This document shows positions 57,391 to 64,000 of a DNA stretch of 64,000 nucleotides, piece by piece. The stretch spans positions 22,602-86,601 of the forward strand of contig CABYTH010000001.1 of the NCBI GenBank assembly GCA_902521835.1, given 5' to 3'. Every line of letters begins with the position of its first letter. Positions within the stretch are counted from its first letter, which is position 1. This DNA is from an uncultured Alphaproteobacteria bacterium. Lineage in GTDB: Bacteria; Pseudomonadota; Alphaproteobacteria; HIMB59. The position numbers and the translations under genes were made by a program. The notes beneath the pieces are model-generated. The model had not been told where the DNA came from. It saw only the letters and a list, made by a program, of their open reading frames with translations, and made no database searches.

Positions 57391-57952
57391 GATAAATAAA
57401 TAAATAAATAAAAAAGACTATTCCAAGAGGTATGATTATAAAAATTAATAGTTTATTTCTTTGTAAAATTTCCATACCTAATTTCCCAAATTGTTTAATG
57501 ATAAAAGCAATAATAAAAAACCTCAACCCCCTAGATAACAATGAAAGGAGTATAAAATAGATAAAATTAAATTGAGCATATCCACTTGTTAAAGCTATAA
57601 CTTTGTAAGGTATAGGTGTAAAACCACCCAAAAAAACCGCAAAAATACCCCAATCTTTATAAAAATTCATAAATTCACCCTGCTTGCTTATATCAAAATA
57701 AGATTGAGCAATATCAAAAATGAAATACCCTATGATATATCCAAAAGCGCCACCGATGACTGAAAATATCGTACAATTCAGTGCAGTTGCTAAAAAATTT
57801 TTAGGATTAAAATAAACAATCGGTATTAAAATTATATCTGGAGGAATTGGAAAAAAAATACTTTCTATAAAAGCAACTAAAGATAAAAAATATTGTGAAT
57901 ATTTTGATTTAGATTTTTTTTCAACATATATATGTAAATTCTTCCAAATCAT
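57383..57952 (-). CDS. YqaA/DedA (SNARE-associated) family membrane protein
   Basis: FIESIFFPIPPD, GFTPIPYKV, SRGLRFF. Confidence 0.88.
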   Translation of the reverse strand: MIWKNLHIYVEKKSKSKYSQYFLSLVAFIESIFFPIPPDIILIPIVYFNPKNFLATALNCTIFSVIGGAFGYIIGYFIFDIAQSYFDISKQGEFMNFYKDWGIFAVFLGGFTPIPYKVIALTSGYAQFNFIYFILLSLLSRGLRFFIIAFIIKQFGKLGMEILQRNKLLIFIIIPLGIVFFIYLFIYHD

Positions 57953-57975
57953 ATCGATTAATTAATATTTAGTAT

Positions 57976-59103
57976 TTAACCTATAAGGTAATACCAGAGA
58001 TAAGCAATTATAATAGCTGGGATCGCACTGTAGAGTGTTGCAACTATTGCTGCCTTTGCAGATATGGCTATCGCAGGGAAAAGTGCATCACCGTCGTTAG
58101 ATATAGAGTTTCCTATTTGTGCGGACATAGGAATTTGACCACTCACATACATGGATGTGATCATAATTTGAGGACCACAGCCAGGAATAAAGCCGATTAG
58201 TATAGCCAAAAGAGGAATAAATGGACCAAATAGTATTAATGACTCAAATATTAAACCATTAGTTGATAGATCTATTAGCTCGTAGACAACAAATGAAATA
58301 ATGACCCAAACAGTAACAAAGCAAGTTGTATCTACAACTTTTCTATAGGAGTTTTCGTGAATTGAAGCCATTTGAATATCTGTTAGCGGATTCAAAACCC
58401 ACAACAAGACACAGTATATCGCCAAAATAAATGCCATTACTTCAACCACATTAATTCCAATAAAATTAAAGTTTAGTTCAATGTTAAAAGCATTTAACAT
58501 TCCCAAAATAAATCCAGGAGCTAAAAATAAAAACCAAATATAATAAAATTTATTTGATATTTTATTTTTAGGTAAATGGGTTGTATTTATATTCTTATTA
58601 ATTTTATTTTGTAAAAAATTTTTTGTAAAAGGTTGAGCAACATATCCAGATATTATACCTACTATAAAAGTAACTGGTAGTATGATTAAAGCAGCCTGGG
58701 GTTTTGTTGCAATAAGAAGAAAAGCTGCATCGCCCATAGTACTAATAAGTGCTGCGAGCACACCTCCAAAAGAAACTACCTTTCTAGTGAATAAACTCAT
58801 TACCATTATTGCTCCGCCGCAACCAGGTATAACTCCTAACATAGAGCAAATGGGAATTTCAAATTTCTTATTTTGTAAAATTAATTTTTGTAAATTAAAA
58901 TTTCTCTTTTCAAGAATAACAAATAGAAGAAGTGTCACTCCAACAAAGCTAGATACAGCTATGTAGGCGTCACTCGATGACGAAATTAAAATATTTCTAG
59001 TTTGTTCAGAAAATAAAAGAAGGAGAATACATATAAAGAGGAAAATTTTTGATAATCTTAAATATTGAAATTTTCTACTTAATTCTAATACTAATTCTGT
59101 CAT
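57976..59103 (-). CDS. Putative manganese transporter
   Basis: Duplicated IPGCG motifs, STMGDAAF, SNDGDALFP; divergent from an MntR/DtxR regulator. Confidence 0.85.
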   Translation of the reverse strand: MTELVLELSRKFQYLRLSKIFLFICILLLLFSEQTRNILISSSSDAYIAVSSFVGVTLLLFVILEKRNFNLQKLILQNKKFEIPICSMLGVIPGCGGAIMVMSLFTRKVVSFGGVLAALISTMGDAAFLLIATKPQAALIILPVTFIVGIISGYVAQPFTKNFLQNKINKNINTTHLPKNKISNKFYYIWFLFLAPGFILGMLNAFNIELNFNFIGINVVEVMAFILAIYCVLLWVLNPLTDIQMASIHENSYRKVVDTTCFVTVWVIISFVVYELIDLSTNGLIFESLILFGPFIPLLAILIGFIPGCGPQIMITSMYVSGQIPMSAQIGNSISNDGDALFPAIAISAKAAIVATLYSAIPAIIIAYLWYYLIG

Positions 59104-59106
59104 ATT

Positions 59107-59122
59107 TTTAGCCTAGGCTAAA
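59107..59122. promoter_or_regulatory. DtxR/MntR-type operator
   Basis: Perfect 16-bp palindrome TTTAGCCTAGGCTAAA, 3 nt upstream of the transporter ATG; resembles the DtxR-family box. Confidence 0.82.
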
Positions 59123-59196
59123 CAATATAGATATAACTAAATATTAGTCAAACAATTCTTTACTTTTAATTGTTAACAAAATAGATTGAACCCGCT

Positions 59197-59604
59197 ATGA
59201 AAAACACTAGATCTAGTGAGCCATATCAATTTTCAAATATCAGAAGTCAAAATAAGAATGAAATACTAGAGGATTATGTTGAGGCTATTCAAGAAATTTT
59301 GCAAAATAAAGGTGATGTTAAAAATGCTGATTTAGCTCAACATTTTGGTGTGTCACAAGCTACTGTTAATAAAAATTTGAAGCGTTTAATAAGTTTTAAT
59401 TTAGCAAAATCTGAACCATACCGTTCGATTTTTTTGACAGAAAAGGGAGAAAAATTAGCCACACAGTCAAAACAAAAGCATGAAATTGTTTATAATTTCT
59501 TAATTAAGTTAGGTGTCTCCAGAAAGACTGCAGAAAATGACAGTGAAGGTATTGAGCATCACGTTAGTGATGAAACATTAAAGTTAATGAAAAAATTTAA
59601 ATAA
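59197..59604 (+). CDS. mntR: Manganese-responsive DtxR/MntR family regulator
   Basis: EDYVEAI, DLAQHFGVSQATV, PYRSIFLTEKG, DSEGIEHHVS. Confidence 0.9.
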   Translation: MKNTRSSEPYQFSNIRSQNKNEILEDYVEAIQEILQNKGDVKNADLAQHFGVSQATVNKNLKRLISFNLAKSEPYRSIFLTEKGEKLATQSKQKHEIVYNFLIKLGVSRKTAENDSEGIEHHVSDETLKLMKKFK

Positions 59605-61173
59605 TTATTTTTTCGTCTTTAACAACATTCTTTTTTCTAGCACGTTATCGAACAAATAAATTACAATAGAAAGAAAACAAATAATTGTTAAAGCATGCAA
59701 ACTTCCATATTCAAACATTTCATTTGATGAATATTCGTATAGGCTGGTAGCAAGTGTATCAAAATTAAAAGGTCTAAGTAGTAAAGTAATAGGCAACTCT
59801 TTTACGGTATCAACAAATACTAGAAAAAATCCTGCTAATATACTCAACTTAACCTGAGGTAAAATTATTCGAAAATATGTTGTTGACGATTTTCTTCCAA
59901 TTAATCTTGAGGCATCATCAATTGATTTTCCAATTTTTTCCATCCCTGAGTCTAAAGAATTATTTGATAGAGCAATTAATCTAATTATCAGAGCTAAGGA
60001 CAAGCCCAATAAAGTGGTAGACAAAGATAATGTTGTTAATCGATCAAAATAAAATAAAAAGAAAAGTACTCCTAAAGCTATTACTACACCTGGTATTGCA
60101 TACCCAATGTTTATTATTTTTTTGTAATATGTAATGTGATTTTTAGTAGTGAATCTTGAGTAAAAACTAATAAATACTGAGATGATAGCACATCCAATTC
60201 CAGCAATAACTCCAAGCACGATTGAATTATATAATGAGGTAAAATAGTTATTAAAATCAATAAAATTTAAATTATGTAAAAATGTATAAATTACAAAAAC
60301 AAGAGGCAGAATAAAACCAAACAAAATAGGTAAGACTCCTAAGATTAATGCAATTATTCCAATGAACTTTCCTAATTTATATTTTGACCACTGAATATTT
60401 TCATAGGAATTATTATTGAATTTCCTTTTACCTCTTAATTTTTGCTCAAAAAAATATAACAAACCCATTACTAAAATAATAATTAAGGCTAATAAGAAAG
60501 CTAAAGGTAAATCATTTAATATCGCTATATAGTGAAAAACTCCTACTGAAAGTGTTTGTAAACCAAAAAAATCTGCAACACCAAAATCATTGACTGTTTC
60601 CATCAAAACTAATGCTAGTCCTGCAGCTATTCCAGGTAGGGCCATGGGTAAACCAATTTTAAAAAAACATTGATAAGGATTTTTACCAAGAGTTTTTGCA
60701 GCCTCTATATATCTTGTGGAGAAATTTATGATTGCAATCCTAGTTAGGATATAAACATATGGAAAAAAAGATAAAGAAATTATTAGCGAAGCCGCGATAC
60801 TATTTCTTATTGAGAAACCATCATAAAACAAAAATTTGAGAGTCATAAAACCACCTGGCTCCAAAATTTCGGCATAAGTATATGCTGAAATATAGGCTGG
60901 AACTGCTAAAGGTAGTATTGCAAATATTTGTAGAAATTTTCGCCCCCAAAATTCGGTCATTGTATTTATCCATGCCAATGGAACACTGATGATTGTTGTA
61001 AAAATACTTACCATTACTATGAGTTTAGTAGACCCAATTAAATATCTATTAATGTAAAGCTCATTGGTTAAAGAAATTGCACTCAAACCATTTGTTATAA
61101 CTAAGGCTATAGGTGTAAGCAGTAAGAAGCTAATTAATAAAAAGAAAAATAATTTAAATAAATTTACTGTCAT
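59605..61173 (-). CDS. Fe3+-type ABC transporter permease (FbpB/SfuB-like)
   Basis: LPLAVPAYI, EAAKTLG, METVNDFG, GYAIPG, KELPITLLLRPFNFDTLA. Confidence 0.88.
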   Translation of the reverse strand: MTVNLFKLFFFLLISFLLLTPIALVITNGLSAISLTNELYINRYLIGSTKLIVMVSIFTTIISVPLAWINTMTEFWGRKFLQIFAILPLAVPAYISAYTYAEILEPGGFMTLKFLFYDGFSIRNSIAASLIISLSFFPYVYILTRIAIINFSTRYIEAAKTLGKNPYQCFFKIGLPMALPGIAAGLALVLMETVNDFGVADFFGLQTLSVGVFHYIAILNDLPLAFLLALIIILVMGLLYFFEQKLRGKRKFNNNSYENIQWSKYKLGKFIGIIALILGVLPILFGFILPLVFVIYTFLHNLNFIDFNNYFTSLYNSIVLGVIAGIGCAIISVFISFYSRFTTKNHITYYKKIINIGYAIPGVVIALGVLFFLFYFDRLTTLSLSTTLLGLSLALIIRLIALSNNSLDSGMEKIGKSIDDASRLIGRKSSTTYFRIILPQVKLSILAGFFLVFVDTVKELPITLLLRPFNFDTLATSLYEYSSNEMFEYGSLHALTIICFLSIVIYLFDNVLEKRMLLKTKK

Positions 61174-61766
61174 ATAATTATATAAAAAACACAGCCTAGT
61201 AACAATAGAGCCATAACTCTATTAAAATAAATAATTTTTCTTTTATCATTAAGATATTTTCTAAATGAGTGTCCAATAGCAGCCCAAACTACTGCACTAG
61301 TTGATGTTGAAATTATAAAACAAATAAAGATTAAAATAAATTCCTCTAAATATGAGAATTTATTTTGTATAAAAATTGCAGAACTAGACATTGAAACACT
61401 TACAGCTTTAGGATTTATTAATTGAAAAAAATAAATATCTCTAAATGTAAATCTTCTTTTATTATTATTTTCTGAAAATTCAGTTGAAATAAAAATTTTA
61501 TAAGCCAAATAAGTTAAGAAGATAGTGGCTACAATTTTTATAAAATTCCTAAAATTTGGATAGTTTTCATAAATCTCTCCTATTCCTAATAAGCAAAGAG
61601 TTAAAACCGATAAAAATCCAAAAAAGACACCTAACATAAGTGGAATTGTTGCTTTAAAACCATAATTAACAGCGTTTGTTGAAAGAATTATATTATTAGG
61701 TCCCGGTGTAATGGCAGCAGTCATTGCAAAAGTAAGTATGGGCGCCATAAAGTAAATGTATTCCAA
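61170..61766 (-). CDS. LysE family translocator
   Basis: ITPGPNN, FQLINPK. Confidence 0.87.
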   Translation of the reverse strand: MEYIYFMAPILTFAMTAAITPGPNNIILSTNAVNYGFKATIPLMLGVFFGFLSVLTLCLLGIGEIYENYPNFRNFIKIVATIFLTYLAYKIFISTEFSENNNKRRFTFRDIYFFQLINPKAVSVSMSSSAIFIQNKFSYLEEFILIFICFIISTSTSAVVWAAIGHSFRKYLNDKRKIIYFNRVMALLLLGCVFYIII

Positions 61767-61863
61767 AGTATCGAGATATTATTCTTAAATTTAAATAAAT
61801 ACACAATTAGTTATCAATTTGCCTAATTTGTCTTAATAATATAAGTAAATAAGATTATTTTAA

Positions 61864-61949
61864 GGCGTTGTGGCGGAATGGTAGACGCGCCGGATTCAAA
61901 ATCCGGTGAGGGCAACCTCGTGAGAGTTCGAGTCTCTCCAGCGCTACCA
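61864..61949 (+). tRNA. tRNA-Leu (CAA)
   Basis: GGCGTTG...GGAATGGTAGAC, anticodon arm CCGGA-TTCAAAA-TCCGG, long variable arm, GTTCGA, CAGCGCTACCA. Confidence 0.96.
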
Positions 61950-61964
61950 ATAATAAATAAAACT

Positions 61965-62435
61965 ATGAAAAATATTAAAAATTTAACGGCTGTTTTCTCA
62001 TTATTTTCCACAGGTATTACGATTGTAACAAATGGAACTAATCGAAAACAATTTTTTGGTTGTACAGTCAACTCTTTCTCAAGCCTTTCTCTTGTCCCTC
62101 CAAAGTTTTTATTTTGTCTTGGAAATGAAAATTTAAATTTAAAAAGTTTTAAAATAAATAGTCCTTTAAATGTAAATTTTTTAGCTAAATCTCAACTTAA
62201 TTTATCTAATAAATTCGCCGGATCATTAGAGAAGAGGTGGGTGAATACAAAATATAAAATTGCGAATAATAAGGTTCCTTTCTTTCCGGAGTCTCTGGGA
62301 CTATTAGAAGCAAAAGTTGAAAAAAAAGTCATATCAGGCGATCATACAATAATCATATGTTTAATAACAAACTGTATTAAATTAAACACCAAAAAACCCC
62401 TTATTTATTATAAGAGCAAATATCACACCGTTTAA
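61965..62435 (+). CDS. Flavin reductase family protein
   Basis: FSTGITIVT, GCTVNSFSSLSL.PP, GDHTII; start moved downstream of the tRNA. Confidence 0.87.
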   Translation: MKNIKNLTAVFSLFSTGITIVTNGTNRKQFFGCTVNSFSSLSLVPPKFLFCLGNENLNLKSFKINSPLNVNFLAKSQLNLSNKFAGSLEKRWVNTKYKIANNKVPFFPESLGLLEAKVEKKVISGDHTIIICLITNCIKLNTKKPLIYYKSKYHTV

Positions 62436-62443
62436 TTCTTTCT

Positions 62444-63379
62444 ATGAAATATATCAATAGTAGTTTTGAAGAAATTAATATCGATGATAACCTATGTTTA
62501 ACCATAGGTAACTTTGATGGTATTCACAAAGGCCATAGAGAGATAATTAAAAACTTAATACAAAAAACTAAAATATCAAAATCTAAATCTGCTATTTTAT
62601 CATTCACACCACATCCAAAAATTTATTTTAAAAAACAAAATAATTTTATGATTAATTCTCAATTAAAAAAAAAAGAGATTTTAGAGAGCTTAGGTTTAGA
62701 CTATTTAATTGACTTACATTTTAATAAAAAATTTACTCAACTAAATCATCTAGAATTCGAAGATAAAATTTTATTAGGAAAACTTAATACCAAAAAAATT
62801 TTAATAGGAAGAGACTTCCAGTATGGGAATCAAAGAAAAGGAAACATAGAGACCTTAAGAATATTTTGTGAGAAAAATAATATTCAACTAAACGAAATTG
62901 ATCTCATTTTCGATGAGCAAAATAATAACAAAATTTCTTCAAGTAAAATAAGAGAAAATCTTAATTTAGGAAATATTGAATTAGCAAATAAAGATTTGAA
63001 AAGAAAATTTAGTATTTCTGGTAAAGTTATCAAAGGCGATCAGAGAGGTCGTTCAATTGGTATTCCCACAGCCAATATTGAGTACCCTCTCAATACAATT
63101 ATTATTCCATATGGTGTCTATGCTGTAGAGACCACGATTGATGGAAATACTTATTTTGGTATTGTTAATTTTGGTATAAGACCAACTTTTAATAAAGAAA
63201 AGCCAATTGTTGAGGCCTATTTGTTTGATTTTGACAATAATATTTATGATAAGAATATAGAATTATTTTTTTATAAACAGATTAGACAAGAGAAAAAATT
63301 TAATGGTATAAAAGAATTATTAAATCAAATCAATTTAGATATCGCTGAAGCAAAAAAAATATTAAATTATGGAAATTAA
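62444..63379 (+). CDS. ribF: Bifunctional riboflavin kinase / FAD synthetase
   Basis: [34 protein letters not shown]. Confidence 0.95.
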   Translation: MKYINSSFEEINIDDNLCLTIGNFDGIHKGHREIIKNLIQKTKISKSKSAILSFTPHPKIYFKKQNNFMINSQLKKKEILESLGLDYLIDLHFNKKFTQLNHLEFEDKILLGKLNTKKILIGRDFQYGNQRKGNIETLRIFCEKNNIQLNEIDLIFDEQNNNKISSSKIRENLNLGNIELANKDLKRKFSISGKVIKGDQRGRSIGIPTANIEYPLNTIIIPYGVYAVETTIDGNTYFGIVNFGIRPTFNKEKPIVEAYLFDFDNNIYDKNIELFFYKQIRQEKKFNGIKELLNQINLDIAEAKKILNYGN

Positions 63380-64000
63380 AGACTCTATTACTCTTCCAAA
63401 GACTGGATTTTCTATGAAAGCTGACTTGCCTAAAAAAGAGCCAGGAATTCTAGATGAATGGCTTAAAAATGACATATATAAAAAATTAAGAGAACAATCC
63501 AATTCTAAAGAAAAATTTATTCTTCACGACGGACCTCCTTATGCAAATGGTCATCTTCATATGGGTCATGCCCTTAATAAAATTTTAAAAGATATAATTG
63601 TAAAATATCAACAACTTCTTAATAAAAACTCTATTTACGTTCCAGGATGGGATTGTCACGGACTACCTATTGAATGGAAAATAGAGGAGGAGTACAGAGC
63701 TAAAAAGAAAAATAAAGACGATGTACCTGTGATTGAATTCAGAAAACAGTGCAGAGATTTTGCTAATAAGTGGATATCTATTCAAAAAAAAGAATTCCAA
63801 AGATTAGGAGTAATTGGCGATTGGGATAACCCATACACAACTATGCATTTTCATGCAGAGGCACAAATAGTGAGAGAATTAGGAAAGTTTCTCAAAAATG
63901 GTGGTATTTATAAAGGACACAGACCAGTTTTATGGTCAGTTATAGAAAAAACAGCACTTGCAGATGCAGAGGTTGAATATCATGATCATAAATCAACAAC
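63369..64000 (+). CDS. ileS: Isoleucine--tRNA ligase (5' part, truncated by the window end; not in the ORF track)
   Basis: [57 protein letters not shown]; follows ribF. Confidence 0.96.
   Translation, partial: MEIKDSITLPKTGFSMKADLPKKEPGILDEWLKNDIYKKLREQSNSKEKFILHDGPPYANGHLHMGHALNKILKDIIVKYQQLLNKNSIYVPGWDCHGLPIEWKIEEEYRAKKKNKDDVPVIEFRKQCRDFANKWISIQKKEFQRLGVIGDWDNPYTTMHFHAEAQIVRELGKFLKNGGIYKGHRPVLWSVIEKTALADAEVEYHDHKST

Noticed and set aside
61823-62071. ORF 61823..62071 (-) and the N-terminal part of 61878..62435 (+)
   Set aside because: Both overlap tRNA-Leu(CAA); the flavin reductase most likely starts at 61965.
1-64000. CRISPR array, transposase, integrase, rRNA
   Set aside because: No regularly spaced repeats or recognisable motifs were seen on either strand.

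Overview
AT-rich window from a streamlined marine alphaproteobacterium. SAR11/HIMB59-like affiliation is inferred from gene content and composition. It has four parts. (1) ~1-27 kb is an accessory catabolic locus: a split PxpA/B/C + biotin carboxylase + biotin carrier system, a sugar-type ABC transporter with oversized permeases, a DNI-motif flotillin-associated rhodopsin, a flotillin with a duplicated coiled coil, an SCP2-like protein, an alpha/beta hydrolase, a Na+/solute symporter, an N,N-dimethylformamidase large subunit flanked by two small-subunit-like genes, a cupin, an AHL-lactonase-family enzyme and xylA. (2) ~27-36 kb holds sugar/polyol uptake and catabolism genes (Gfo/Idh/MocA, TIM-barrel isomerase, CUT1 ABC, dhaL/dhaK). 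(3) ~36-42 kb is a patch of small hypothetical ORFs around tRNA-Ala(GGC). (4) ~42-64 kb is housekeeping (ung, gloB, metXW with a SAM-II riboswitch, hisC, tyrA, lysA, argH, coq7, Mn transporter/mntR, tRNA-Leu, ribF, ileS). Two signals stand out. The three promoter regions of part 1 share one palindrome (TGTTYCA-N5-TGRAACA). Unrelated proteins of the locus also carry shared terminal peptide tags (C-terminal [VI]K[VI]V[DE](F)TDKxK...IKVxYF; N-terminal YKxxDLDxFDKI), one of which resembles the flotillin C-terminal IKVVD strand. Together these suggest, as a hypothesis, a co-regulated, flotillin/rhodopsin-scaffolded amide/lactam-degrading membrane metabolon. All calls were made by eye; no database search was run.
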